64,000 bases of DNA from an uncultured Bacteroidota bacterium (GTDB lineage: Bacteria > Bacteroidota > Bacteroidia > Bacteroidales > UBA12481), in NCBI GenBank assembly GCA_942493265.1, contig OW818688.1:1218994-1282993 (forward strand), read 5' to 3'. Below the pieces are notes generated by a model. The model was given only the letters and a program-made list of their open reading frames with translations. It did no database searches and was not told the origin of the DNA. Positions 27,065-37,451 of this stretch are shown piece after piece. The position numbers and the translations under genes are program-made. How positions within the stretch are numbered: position 1 is the stretch's first letter; every line of letters begins with the position of its first letter.

Positions 27065-29419
27065 TTATTTGACTCCAAAATAGTTAACCTTTTCTGATTC
27101 AAGAGCTTGCGGCTCAATGATCAATTCAGGTTTTTCATCAGCAGGATACAGAATAACCTCTTCGCCCTGTGGGATATCCAGCCGGTAGCAACCCTTTTCC
27201 ATCTCCTCGATTTTAGTGTTATTCTTACTGATAATGAGAGGGATTCCTTCAATAGCCGGACAAATCACGCAGGGTTCACCCTTCAGGCTCTTGATTCTCA
27301 CGAAGCTGGTTTTTCCCTTTTCCCGGCGGGCACTGATGAGAAATGCGCCCTCGGCCCTGAAATCTTGAAATGCCACATCCTTCCATTCATCGGGCAGTGC
27401 CGGAAACACCCGGATCTTATTGCCCCAGCTTTGCAAGAGCATATCCTGCACGCAGGTATTGTAGCTCAATGAGGTTTCGATGCAGGGTGTGGAAAGATAA
27501 TAAATGCCGTTTTTTCCCAGAGTTTCGTTCTCCACATCACGGTAAAGAATGTCATTCATCCGCTGCAGGGCCAGGTTTCCCAGTCCCAGGGCAGCGGCGG
27601 CAGGCGACGATTGCGAAGCCCCCATTTTGGGCATCGTTACCGGTTGAAAGTATCTCACCGATTGTTCGAGCAGATCTTTATCTGCGCCATTATCAATGTT
27701 TTCCAGATAGAGGGGGTAGATCATCATCAGGTGCGACATATGCTGATGGTCGATGGGGGCCGGTTTATCGCTTCCCAGCCGGTACCCGTTTTCATCCACG
27801 GGATAATCTGCCAGTTGACTCCTGATCTTGTCCCATTCGGGCAGCAGCGGGTCATCAATTCCGAGAATCCTGCAGATCTCTTCAAGCCTGATACAACCCC
27901 ATTTTAGAAGGGCCAGATCAAAATTACAATCGGCGGTAATTCCGGTTTCGGGCGAGAAAGTCGGAGGGAGATGCAGTTTGTCGTTATCGCCGGTAACCAG
28001 CAGGTGGCGGTAAAAATTGATACTGCGCCGCAGGAGGGGAAAGATTTTCTCCCTCAGCATTTCCTGATCCAAGGTATGCCGGTATTGCAGCCAGCAATTA
28101 TTCAGCAGCCAGGTAAGGCACCCCACCATTTCGCTGTATCGCCCGTCGCCATCCCTTTTCCCTTTCAGGTCGAAGGCCGTGGCCAGCGGGAGCAGCGCGG
28201 AATCACCCTGCCACTCAGCAGGAACCACATTGCTGATAAGGGTTTCCCGGTTGCGGTGAAGCGATTCCACCAATGCCTCCCCAAGGTGCAGCCGGTTTGC
28301 TGTATAGATTGGAAAATGAGCCGTTTGTGTGTTAAAGTCATGGGTGCTGTAAGGCCAGGGCCCTCCCGAGTTCCACATGCCGGGGGTATCGATGTATTGG
28401 GCATCCGGGCGGGTGCAGCAGGCCAGACGGTAAACGTTGTTCCAGTAAAACGTTTGCCCGATGGTATCGGGGAAGGTTACAAAGCTTTCAGGGTAATAGT
28501 TGTGCCACCAGGTGCGGTGCTTCTCTTTCCATTTTTTCAGACTTTCCTGAATTTTTTCAGTTGCCTGATTGATAACCCTTACCGCAGCATCAGTGGATGT
28601 TTTCGTGGGATAACTGTGTTGAATAGTTATCCGCAGGGTAGATGAGTTTTTGGCCGACCGCTCTTCCTTCCAGGCGGTGGCATAATCGCCGCCGGCTGAT
28701 AAATCCTGAATCCCGGAAAATATCCCCTGATGATTTTCCACCCGGTGTTCCGGATTTTTCAGTTCCTGATAGGGAGCATAGGCCTGCCCGTAGCTTTCGT
28801 CCCCGGGTTTTCCACCCCGCGACCCGTTGGCTTCGAACGGGTGCCACTCCCATCCGGAAAACACCTCACCGCCCGCTGATTCAATCCGGGTGTGGATAAT
28901 ATCATCTTGCCGGTGTACAAAATGTTGTATTTCAATGTTTCCGAGGCTCGTCAGTATATTTCCGGTGAGTTCGGCATTATAGATATCCAGCCTCAGGTTG
29001 CAATTAATGATCTCTCCTTTGGGTTTCATCAGGAAATATCCGATCTGGTAGCGGGGGCGGCTATAGGCTGCCCATCCATAAGATTCATCGGCATGGTCGT
29101 GCACATCCGATCTGAAAACCTGCAGCCGGATCTGATTTTCTTCAAACCAGATCATGGATCCGATCAGTCCGTTCCCCAGATGGGGCGCTTCGGTCATGCC
29201 GGAAGGAGTTTTTTTCCAGATCAGGTCATGATCTTTCATCATCTCCTTCCAGTTTATCCGGGAAATGATTTCAGACTTACCGGCTTGATTAGCAGTCGGA
29301 TTTGCACCCGAAACACAACCTTCCAGCCATACCAGTGATCCCGGAAGCACCATTGCACCCAGAGCAACGCCTGCCGATTTCTTCAGGAAAATCCGTCTGC
29401 CAATTTGTTTTTTCATCAT
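27065..29419 (-). CDS. Tat-signal GH95-like (alpha/alpha)6 glycoside hydrolase (family assignment uncertain)
   Basis: RRIFLKKSAGVALGAMVLPGS signal. The layout parallels GH95: EAPHLGNGLIGSMIW near the N-terminus and TPGMWNSGGPWPYSTHDFNTQTAHFPIYTANR in the catalytic region. Confidence 0.5.
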   Translation of the reverse strand: MMKKQIGRRIFLKKSAGVALGAMVLPGSLVWLEGCVSGANPTANQAGKSEIISRINWKEMMKDHDLIWKKTPSGMTEAPHLGNGLIGSMIWFEENQIRLQVFRSDVHDHADESYGWAAYSRPRYQIGYFLMKPKGEIINCNLRLDIYNAELTGNILTSLGNIEIQHFVHRQDDIIHTRIESAGGEVFSGWEWHPFEANGSRGGKPGDESYGQAYAPYQELKNPEHRVENHQGIFSGIQDLSAGGDYATAWKEERSAKNSSTLRITIQHSYPTKTSTDAAVRVINQATEKIQESLKKWKEKHRTWWHNYYPESFVTFPDTIGQTFYWNNVYRLACCTRPDAQYIDTPGMWNSGGPWPYSTHDFNTQTAHFPIYTANRLHLGEALVESLHRNRETLISNVVPAEWQGDSALLPLATAFDLKGKRDGDGRYSEMVGCLTWLLNNCWLQYRHTLDQEMLREKIFPLLRRSINFYRHLLVTGDNDKLHLPPTFSPETGITADCNFDLALLKWGCIRLEEICRILGIDDPLLPEWDKIRSQLADYPVDENGYRLGSDKPAPIDHQHMSHLMMIYPLYLENIDNGADKDLLEQSVRYFQPVTMPKMGASQSSPAAAALGLGNLALQRMNDILYRDVENETLGKNGIYYLSTPCIETSLSYNTCVQDMLLQSWGNKIRVFPALPDEWKDVAFQDFRAEGAFLISARREKGKTSFVRIKSLKGEPCVICPAIEGIPLIISKNNTKIEEMEKGCYRLDIPQGEEVILYPADEKPELIIEPQALESEKVNYFGVK

Positions 29420-29425
29420 TCAGCG

Positions 29426-31054
29426 CTAATACAACACGGCCCCTTTTTCCTTCAGCCGGTTGATGTAATCATCCCTGGTGATCCCGGTTTTTTCAAAAAA
29501 GGTTTGATAGTCCTTTGAATCAAAAAGATACTGCGGTATTCGCTGACCAGACTGCACATAGTAGTCATTGTAAACTCCCTGCCAGGCAGGGTGGTCGCAG
29601 CCAAAATTGTTGATGCGCATGAAGCGTGGGTAACTTTCCCAGATATCCCCCTGCCCGGACATCCGGGGGTCGCCATTATCGCGCAACTGCTTTTCCAGGG
29701 TTTTCAACAGGCCATCAAAAGTCTCTTTGTACTCCGGCTTTCCGGACAGATTCACCATGGCCCAGGGATCGCTGATCATATCATACAATTCGAATTCGGG
29801 GCGCAATCCGAAGGCATCCTCGTACATTTTCTTTCCCTCGGGATTAACATCCTTCAATCTGATCATCTCCTTTAAAACTCCGGCGGCTTCATTCTCATTC
29901 AGCCGGTTACCGGCGGGAAACCGGTCGGGCTTCATATTCCAGATCAGCTGATATTGCCGGGTTCGTATGGTTCTCGCCGGATAGCCAACATTATTCGGTC
30001 GGGCCGAGGTGGCCCTTTCCCGTCCATAAAACAGGCTTTCGCGGAATGGTTTACGTTCCGGGGATTCCGGATCGAGCATCAGATCCAGGAAGCTTTTCCC
30101 TTCGATTTCAGGAAAAGCCGGTACATCGGCTATATCCAGCATGGTTGGGGCAAGATCGATATGACTGATGAAATCATCAATGACCCGGCCGGCGGGGATC
30201 TTGTTTCCCCAGCGAACGGCCATCGGAACATGCACCCCGGCATCATTGGCATTTCCCTTGGCGCGGGGGTAGGGCATGCCATTATCGGACGTTACGATGA
30301 TCAGCGTGTTATCGAGTTCACCCATCTCCTCCAATATTCGGATCATCTGCACCAGGTTGCTGTCGAACCGTTCAATTTTTACAGCATAATCCAGGAAGTC
30401 GGACCGAACGATATCGCAATCAGGAAGATAGGGAGGAACAACAACATCTTCAGGTTTCTTTCCGCTGGCTAATCCCGATCCCGGATCGAAAGCCCGGTGA
30501 GGATCATTGGTTCCGTACCAGAAGAAGAAGGGTTTGCCGGGATCTTTCTCTTTTACGAATTTTTGAAACTCTTTCCAGTATTCAGCCTCATTTTCAGTAG
30601 TATAATACTTGCCTGTCAGCGTTTTGTTGGTTAACCGGTTTATGGTATCCACCACTCCGGGTCCCCAGGTTTTACCGGTAGAGGCCATGTCATATCCGCC
30701 CTGCATGATCAGGTCGGTAAAGATGTTCAGGTGTGCCGGAAACAGACTCGCATGAGTACCGGCCTCGGCGATCTGCCACAGGTAGCGCCCGGTGAGGATG
30801 CATGCCCGGTTTGGTGAAGATTGGGGGGCCGCGCAATACACATTGTTGAAAAGCAAACCCTCCGAGGCAACCCGGTCGAATCCGGGGGTATTGACAAACC
30901 GGGTACCGTAGGCTCCGGCAAAGGGATAGCCCTGGTCGTCGGATATGGCGAAAATTATATTGGGCCTGCCGGGTGGTTTCCTGGCTGAACAGGAACTCAT
31001 CTGAAGAACCATGAAAAGGATGCTGCCGATCAGGAATAAGCTTATTGTACGCAT
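29426..31054 (-). CDS. Sulfatase (S1 family), Ser-type active-site motif
   Basis: PNIIFAISDDQGYPFAGAYG metal-binding start. The active-site box is AAPQSSPNRACILTGRY, i.e. S-x-P-x-R rather than C-x-P-x-R. Confidence 0.85.
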   Translation of the reverse strand: MRTISLFLIGSILFMVLQMSSCSARKPPGRPNIIFAISDDQGYPFAGAYGTRFVNTPGFDRVASEGLLFNNVYCAAPQSSPNRACILTGRYLWQIAEAGTHASLFPAHLNIFTDLIMQGGYDMASTGKTWGPGVVDTINRLTNKTLTGKYYTTENEAEYWKEFQKFVKEKDPGKPFFFWYGTNDPHRAFDPGSGLASGKKPEDVVVPPYLPDCDIVRSDFLDYAVKIERFDSNLVQMIRILEEMGELDNTLIIVTSDNGMPYPRAKGNANDAGVHVPMAVRWGNKIPAGRVIDDFISHIDLAPTMLDIADVPAFPEIEGKSFLDLMLDPESPERKPFRESLFYGRERATSARPNNVGYPARTIRTRQYQLIWNMKPDRFPAGNRLNENEAAGVLKEMIRLKDVNPEGKKMYEDAFGLRPEFELYDMISDPWAMVNLSGKPEYKETFDGLLKTLEKQLRDNGDPRMSGQGDIWESYPRFMRINNFGCDHPAWQGVYNDYYVQSGQRIPQYLFDSKDYQTFFEKTGITRDDYINRLKEKGAVLY

Positions 31055-31106
31055 GTCATTCAGTGAATAAGGGATAAAGATACCAGACAGATTGCTTTTA
31101 ACTGAA

Positions 31107-31137
31107 AAGGAAATTGGCAGGACTGGATACTAACTTG
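31107..31137 (-). promoter_or_regulatory. Conserved 31-bp operon-leader motif, copy 2 (upstream of the sulfatase / GH95-like / MFS operon)
   Basis: Minus-sense CAAGTTAGTAtccagtcctgcCAATTTCCTT, 53 nt upstream of the ATG at 31054. Confidence 0.6.
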
Positions 31138-31193
31138 TCTAATAATCAATCAAGAAAATGTGACAGATTCGAGATATATCTTTTTTTGACAAC

Positions 31194-31250
31194 TGCGAAG
31201 TTGACGCTTCACGCATAAGGCGGAGAAATCGTAACGCTTCACGATTCCTC
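31194..31250. promoter_or_regulatory. Two tandem related hairpins sharing ACGCTTCACG (30-bp spacing) in a divergent intergenic region
   Basis: ACGCTTCACG occurs at 31204-31213 and 31234-31243. Stems: TGCGAAG/CTTC(AC)GCA (31194-31215) and GAGAAATCGT/ACGATTCCTC (31223-31250, 9/10 bp). Confidence 0.4.
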
Positions 31251-31339
31251 TGAAAGTGTTGTGTATGTGGACGAAAGGTTGCATATTTGTAGGCAACGCT
31301 TGGCAAAGCTGCGTGTCTTAAACCATACAAACTGTCCTT

Positions 31340-34300
31340 ATGAGCACTCTAACCCGGGGTTTTGGAACTACTATCGCTTTACTCACCCTATTCTGTTACC
31401 AGACAGGTTTTTCTCAAATCAATGATCAGGGATCACAAGCTTATGAAAATAAGGATTTTATATCCTTGATGCAGAATCCTGATGTGGATTTTTCCGCCGT
31501 GCAAAAGGCGTTTAACCAATATTGGGATGGACGCACAGATTATAAAGGTAACGGTTGGAAAGTGTTCAAACGTTGGGAATATATCAATGAATTTCGCGTT
31601 TTACCCAATGGGAAATTGCAGCCCCCGGGATACGTTACCGAGACTCATCTTCAGGCTCTTGCAGCCAGCCCACGGTTAAAGTCGGCCTCTGGCAGCTGGT
31701 CGATAGTGGCCCCAACGTCATATCCTGTTAACAATACTTCGCAACCCACGGGTATGGGACGGGTAAATGCGATCGCGTTTCACCCGGGAGTTCCATCAAC
31801 CATTTATGTAGGCTCACCTTCAGGCGGTATCTGGAAATCAACCGGTGGAGGGACCAGCTGGTCAGATATTTCATCCGATCTTCCGACACTCGGCGTTTCA
31901 TCTATCCTGATTGATCCTACCGATTCCAATATCATTTATATAGGCTCGGGTGACCGTGATTCCGATGATGCTGAACCTATGGGTGTTTTTAAATCAGTGA
32001 ACGGGGGTGCCACCTGGACACAGATCAATGGAACAATGGGGAACGTTGTTGTTGGTGCCATGATCATGCATCCATCGGCTCCGAATACTATTCTTGCAGC
32101 AACAAGTGGTGGAATTTATAAAACAACTGACGGGGGTGCCTCCTGGAGCCTGAGAACCAGCGGCAACTTTAAGGATATTAAATTCAAACCGGACGACCCG
32201 TCAATTGTATATGCGGTAAACATTACCACACCGGCGGAGTTTTACCGGTCAACTGATACCGGCGGCAACTGGACAAAGATTACATCCGGTATCTCAACTG
32301 CCGGAATTGGTTCCCGCATGGTGATCGGTGTTAGTCCCGCAAATTCCTCGGTGGTTTATCTGGTTCAAATAAAATCTGCCGATAAAAACTTCGCAGGATT
32401 ATTAAAGTCAACCGATGCAGGTTTAAATTTTAGTACGCAATCCACCTCACCAAACATTTTCGATTATGCATGCGATGGTTCGGGTACAGCCAGTCAGGCA
32501 ACCTATGACCTCTGTATCACTGTTGACCCTGCCAACGCCAACACCCTCTACGTGGGGAGTATTAATAACTGGAAATCTACCGATGGAGGTGTGAACTGGA
32601 CAATCGTATCGCAGTGGGCAGGTCAATGTTCCGGAATTTCGGCACTTCACGCTGATCAGCATGTTTATGAATGGAGTGGTTCAAGCCTGTATGTCGGCCA
32701 TGATGGTGGGATCAGTTACACCGCCAATGCAGGTGGATCCTGGACGGAGATCACCGGAAACCTGGCAATCGCACAGGTATATAAAATCGGGCAAAGCGCC
32801 ACGCAGAGCGACCTGGTATTAATGGGATTTCAGGATAACGGCTCAGCTGCCAGTGATGGTTCTGTATTTACTACCACCCGCGGAGGCGACGGAACGGAGT
32901 GCCTTGTTGATTATGGGATAACGAATTATTGCTACAACACCTATGTTATGGGTGACATTAGCCGGTCGACTACAGGGCCCACCGGAACCTATTCGAATAT
33001 TGGATCAACCGGAACCAATGGTATTGGCGCCGATGAGACCGGTGCCTGGGTAACCCCGTTTCTGCTTCATAAAACCGATGCCAATGTGATGTTTGCGGGG
33101 TACGAGAATGTTTTCAGAACGGCCAATGTAAAAGCTGATCCCGCTTCTTCCGTCAGCTGGTTGGCCATCTCCACCGGGGAAACAACTACCTGCAGGGTAC
33201 TTGAACAATCGGCCGCTAATGTCGATATCCTGTACGTGGCAAGGCCAGGTTCATTGAAGCGCACTGATAACGCCAATGCGGCGGGTTCGGTTAGCTGGAC
33301 TGTATGCGCGCTTCCAGGTGGCGCAATGCCTGTCGATATTGAAGCGCATCCAACCAATGCAGATATCGTTTTTGCAACATCCGGATATGGGATATACCGG
33401 TCGGGTGATAAAGGGGCTACCTGGAGCGATATTTCGTCCAATCTACCCGGATTATTCATCAACTGCATTGTGATGGATAAAAACAGCAATGAGGGATTAT
33501 ATATAGGCAACCAAACCAATGTTTGGTACAAGGATGCCGGTATGACAGACTGGATACTTTACAGTTCAGGATTGCCACCAACTGATATCAGGGAACTTGA
33601 AATTTACTATGCTGCTGTTCCTGCCAACAATAGAATAAAAGCAGGTACTTATGGCCGTGGGTTATGGCAAAGCGACCTTGCCCAGGTTAATGTGATTGAT
33701 CCTTCAAATTTCACTGCAAATTCAGCAAGTTCGAGCCAGATCAACCTGAGCTGGACAAAGAATGCAGCCAATAACGATGTGATCATTGCCTGGTCTCCCA
33801 CCTCAACTTTTGGAGTTCCGGCAGATGGTACAGGATACACAGCAGGTAACACTTTGCCATCTGGCGGAGGTACTGTAGCTTATGTGGGAGGTTTAACATC
33901 ATTCAATCATTCATCGCTTACATCTGGTATTACATACTATTACAAAATCTGGTCGGTAAACGGCAGTAACCAGTATTCGGCAGGATTACCACCGATTTCC
34001 GAAACAACCTATTCACACAACTGGACAGGTGGGGCTGGAACAACCAATTGGTTCACTCCGGGGAATTGGGGACCAAATTCAGTTCCAACTTCTTTAGATG
34101 GCGTATTTATTCCATTAACAACATTTCAGCCAGTTATTGCAGCTTCTGGTGCAGCTTGTGAAGATGTATGGATAGAAAGTGGTGCTTCTCTGACCATGAG
34201 CAATACAACTGCATATACTTTGTCTGTTTCCGGAGACTGGACTAATAGTGGGACTTTTACCTGTGGCATCGGAACAGTTAATTTTAATGGTTCGAACACG

Positions 34301-37300
34301 TACCAGGAAATTGCCGGTTCATCTACTACCGGCTTTTATATACTTGGTGTTGAAAAAGGTTCTGTAGACAATATACTGGAAGCAAACTCCATCATCACTC
34401 TCAACGCAACAACCCCGGATGCACGACTTCAATTAATTTCCGGTACTTTCAAGATATCCAATAGTTCAATCAATATCATCGCGATTAATACTAATGGTAC
34501 AGCCACAGCCAATGCTTTGGGAAGCGGCAAACGGATCTGGGTTCACAATGGCACGTTGGCGATTAATTCAAGTTGGAGGCTTAATGCAGGTGAATTGAAG
34601 ATTACCGGAGGCGTGGTGAATGTTGGAAATGTAAATAGTCAATATCTTGATTTTTTAAACAACGGGAAAATCATTGTACAGGGGGGCGAGCTAAATGTTT
34701 CGGCTGGTATATGGGGCAACACCACAAGTTCCAGTGGAACCGTAATTATTAATGGTGGAACACTGACAGTTGCTACACTTTATAATGGATTCAACCGCCC
34801 TGCTTTTGAAATGAACAGTAATACTACTTTTACAATGACAGGGGGGGGCATTGTGATACGAAGGCATGGAACACCCGACGCTGGCTCAGACTACTTCAAC
34901 CAATCCAATAATGCCACCGTCACTGGCGGCACCCTGCAAATCGGAAATGCATCAACTCTGGCAAGCCAGACCATCCGCATCAACAGCTCGGTTCCTGTTT
35001 ACAACCTGGTGGTGAATTCAACGAATTCCCCAACTGCCCAATTGGTCACGAACGGATTATCGGTGTTGAATGATGTGACTATTTCGGGCGGGACATTGAA
35101 TGCCAATAACCTCAACCTTTCTGTTGGTGGCTCCTGGACCAATAACGGATCTTTTACAGCCGGAACCGGCACCGTGACTTTAAATGGTACCGGGGTGCAA
35201 AACATTACCGGAAGTGCGGTGACAACTTTTAAAAACCTAACGGTAAACAATAGTGCCGGTCTATCGCTGATTGGAAGCGTTGATGCCACAATAGCAGGAA
35301 CCCTAACATTGACTTCGGGAGTTATTACTACTGGAGGTCGCAAGGTTATTATCGAATCAACTGGCTCGGTTTCAAGAACATCAGGACATATTTTTGGCAA
35401 TCTGCAAAAGAATTTCAGTACAGGAACCAATATCAGCCAGATTTTCGAAATTGGTGATGCTTCAGCCGCGAATTATACACCCATTACCTTAACATTTGCC
35501 ACCGTTGGCACCGCCGGGAACTTGATAACGACCAGTATTGCAGGCGATCACCCAAACATCGGCTCATCGCTTTTAGCGGCGAGCAAAAGCGTGAACAGGT
35601 ATTGGACCTTGACTAACAGCGGGATAGTGTTTACTAACTATACTGCTCTATTTAATTTCCTGGCCGGCGATCTGGATGGCACCGCAAATACTTCAAACCT
35701 GATTTGTGGGCAATATGCTGCATCAACCTGGTCATACCCAACTGTAGGAACAAAAACTTCTTTGAGCACAGAGGTGCCAGGACTTACCTCTCTCGGCAAT
35801 TTTCAATTAGCCGAACCGTCGATCATATCAAGCTCGAACGGGGGCGGTTTTTGGGATATATCAACTTCCTGGTCTCCCGCAATTGTACCTGTGGCCGAAA
35901 ATGATGTTGTGATTACAACGGGGAATCCGATAACAGTGGGAACGACCGGAGTTGTTTGTAACAATTTAACAATCAATGCTTCCGCGATTCTAACCATTAA
36001 TGCGGGCGGGACACTGACAGCGAATGGTACCGTGGTTAACAACGCCGGAAACGCAGGCTTCCTCATTAAGTCAACCTCTTTCGATGCTCTGGGTACGGGC
36101 TCCCTGATTCTGAATACCGAGAATGTTGATGCAACGGTGGAGCGCTATTTAACGGGATTGGTTTCCCTAGCCCCTCTCGTGGAAAAATGGCACACGATAT
36201 CCTCTCCGGTGGCCGATCAAAGTATCCCCAGCTTTTTGAGTTCCCAAGGGATTGATCATTGGACCGTTGGCATTGTAGAACGCTATGGCTTTGCTCCGTA
36301 TTTGGAACAAACCAACACCTGGAATTACTATACCTCCGCAACTACTGGCATCCTGGGTGTTGGTAATGGCTATGAAGCGCTGATCGGAACTCCCACAGGT
36401 ACCGTCCGTTTCACAGGAAAATTAAACTCTGCCAACGTGAGCCCCGTGGTTCAGCGAACTGAAGGAGCAACTTTCGGATGGAACCTGCTCGGGAATCCAT
36501 ACCCATCGGGACTGGATGTTGCTGGTTTTCTAACCGCGAATGCAGGGAAATTCGAGAGCTTGTTCACTTCGCTTTATGTTTGGAACGGGGAAAACAAAAA
36601 CTGGGAAATTACCACCACTGGGAATATTCCGCTCGGGGAGGGCTTTTTCGTTAAGGCAGCAACCGGAGTCACCTCCTTTATCATGAATACCGGCATGCGT
36701 ACCCATACGATGTCTCCTTTTAAAAGCGCTCTCTCTACCGATCCGGAAATCAGGCTGATAGCAGAATCCGCCGCCGGGAAGAGCGACACGCGCATCGCTT
36801 ACCATCCCAACTGGTCGCGCGGAATCGACGAGGGTCATGATATAGCCGTTTTTAACGGACAAAAATCCGGATTCGAGATATTTACCCGCCTGATCGAGGG
36901 TAGTACCCTTGATATCGGATTGCAGGGCCTGCCCGATGATTACGATAACCTGGTGGTACCGGTCGGACTGCGTGCGACTCAGGGTTCGAAAGTCACACTG
37001 CGGGCCGAAATGGGCAACTTCCCGGCAACCCACAAAGTTTATCTGGAAGATAAAACCACCGGCCAGTTCATCCGTCTCGATGAACCTGGTAGCATGTACT
37101 CCTTCACCCTGACTTCACCCGCCAACGGCATCGGACGGTTCTACCTGCATACAAAACAAGGTTCGATGGGTATCGATCAGCCCTTAATTGATGGTTTATC
37201 GGTTTTGGCTTATCCTGAACGGCAATTGATCAGGGTACTGGGAGAGATTGCCCTGCCTGCACGAGTATCGGTTTACGACCTTAATGGCCGGATCGTGAGA

Positions 37301-37426
37301 TCAGTCGCGCTGAACAACCCTCTGGTAAACGAGATTTATCTGCCTGAACTGACCAACGGGATGTACCTGCTGGTGATTGAATCGGCTCAGAAAACGGTAA
37401 AAAGAAAAATTTCCTGGATCAAGTAA
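31340..37426 (+). CDS. Giant T9SS-sorted surface protein (N-terminal BNR/sortilin-type beta-propeller repeats, FN3-like domain, long Gly/Thr/Asn-rich beta-helix-like region)
   Basis: 2028 aa. Repeated S/TxDxGxxW motifs (STGGGTSWSDIS, SVNGGATWTQIN, TTDGGASWSL, STDTGGNWTKIT, STDGGVNWTIV, SGDKGATWSDIS). FN3-like segment PSNFTANSASSSQINLSWTK. The C-terminal ~85 aa (LSVLAYPERQ...MYLLVIESAQKTVKRKISWIK) is a T9SS CTD. Confidence 0.85.
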   Translation: MSTLTRGFGTTIALLTLFCYQTGFSQINDQGSQAYENKDFISLMQNPDVDFSAVQKAFNQYWDGRTDYKGNGWKVFKRWEYINEFRVLPNGKLQPPGYVTETHLQALAASPRLKSASGSWSIVAPTSYPVNNTSQPTGMGRVNAIAFHPGVPSTIYVGSPSGGIWKSTGGGTSWSDISSDLPTLGVSSILIDPTDSNIIYIGSGDRDSDDAEPMGVFKSVNGGATWTQINGTMGNVVVGAMIMHPSAPNTILAATSGGIYKTTDGGASWSLRTSGNFKDIKFKPDDPSIVYAVNITTPAEFYRSTDTGGNWTKITSGISTAGIGSRMVIGVSPANSSVVYLVQIKSADKNFAGLLKSTDAGLNFSTQSTSPNIFDYACDGSGTASQATYDLCITVDPANANTLYVGSINNWKSTDGGVNWTIVSQWAGQCSGISALHADQHVYEWSGSSLYVGHDGGISYTANAGGSWTEITGNLAIAQVYKIGQSATQSDLVLMGFQDNGSAASDGSVFTTTRGGDGTECLVDYGITNYCYNTYVMGDISRSTTGPTGTYSNIGSTGTNGIGADETGAWVTPFLLHKTDANVMFAGYENVFRTANVKADPASSVSWLAISTGETTTCRVLEQSAANVDILYVARPGSLKRTDNANAAGSVSWTVCALPGGAMPVDIEAHPTNADIVFATSGYGIYRSGDKGATWSDISSNLPGLFINCIVMDKNSNEGLYIGNQTNVWYKDAGMTDWILYSSGLPPTDIRELEIYYAAVPANNRIKAGTYGRGLWQSDLAQVNVIDPSNFTANSASSSQINLSWTKNAANNDVIIAWSPTSTFGVPADGTGYTAGNTLPSGGGTVAYVGGLTSFNHSSLTSGITYYYKIWSVNGSNQYSAGLPPISETTYSHNWTGGAGTTNWFTPGNWGPNSVPTSLDGVFIPLTTFQPVIAASGAACEDVWIESGASLTMSNTTAYTLSVSGDWTNSGTFTCGIGTVNFNGSNTYQEIAGSSTTGFYILGVEKGSVDNILEANSIITLNATTPDARLQLISGTFKISNSSINIIAINTNGTATANALGSGKRIWVHNGTLAINSSWRLNAGELKITGGVVNVGNVNSQYLDFLNNGKIIVQGGELNVSAGIWGNTTSSSGTVIINGGTLTVATLYNGFNRPAFEMNSNTTFTMTGGGIVIRRHGTPDAGSDYFNQSNNATVTGGTLQIGNASTLASQTIRINSSVPVYNLVVNSTNSPTAQLVTNGLSVLNDVTISGGTLNANNLNLSVGGSWTNNGSFTAGTGTVTLNGTGVQNITGSAVTTFKNLTVNNSAGLSLIGSVDATIAGTLTLTSGVITTGGRKVIIESTGSVSRTSGHIFGNLQKNFSTGTNISQIFEIGDASAANYTPITLTFATVGTAGNLITTSIAGDHPNIGSSLLAASKSVNRYWTLTNSGIVFTNYTALFNFLAGDLDGTANTSNLICGQYAASTWSYPTVGTKTSLSTEVPGLTSLGNFQLAEPSIISSSNGGGFWDISTSWSPAIVPVAENDVVITTGNPITVGTTGVVCNNLTINASAILTINAGGTLTANGTVVNNAGNAGFLIKSTSFDALGTGSLILNTENVDATVERYLTGLVSLAPLVEKWHTISSPVADQSIPSFLSSQGIDHWTVGIVERYGFAPYLEQTNTWNYYTSATTGILGVGNGYEALIGTPTGTVRFTGKLNSANVSPVVQRTEGATFGWNLLGNPYPSGLDVAGFLTANAGKFESLFTSLYVWNGENKNWEITTTGNIPLGEGFFVKAATGVTSFIMNTGMRTHTMSPFKSALSTDPEIRLIAESAAGKSDTRIAYHPNWSRGIDEGHDIAVFNGQKSGFEIFTRLIEGSTLDIGLQGLPDDYDNLVVPVGLRATQGSKVTLRAEMGNFPATHKVYLEDKTTGQFIRLDEPGSMYSFTLTSPANGIGRFYLHTKQGSMGIDQPLIDGLSVLAYPERQLIRVLGEIALPARVSVYDLNGRIVRSVALNNPLVNEIYLPELTNGMYLLVIESAQKTVKRKISWIK

Positions 37427-37451
37427 TCGAAACAATTATTCTGATAATAAG

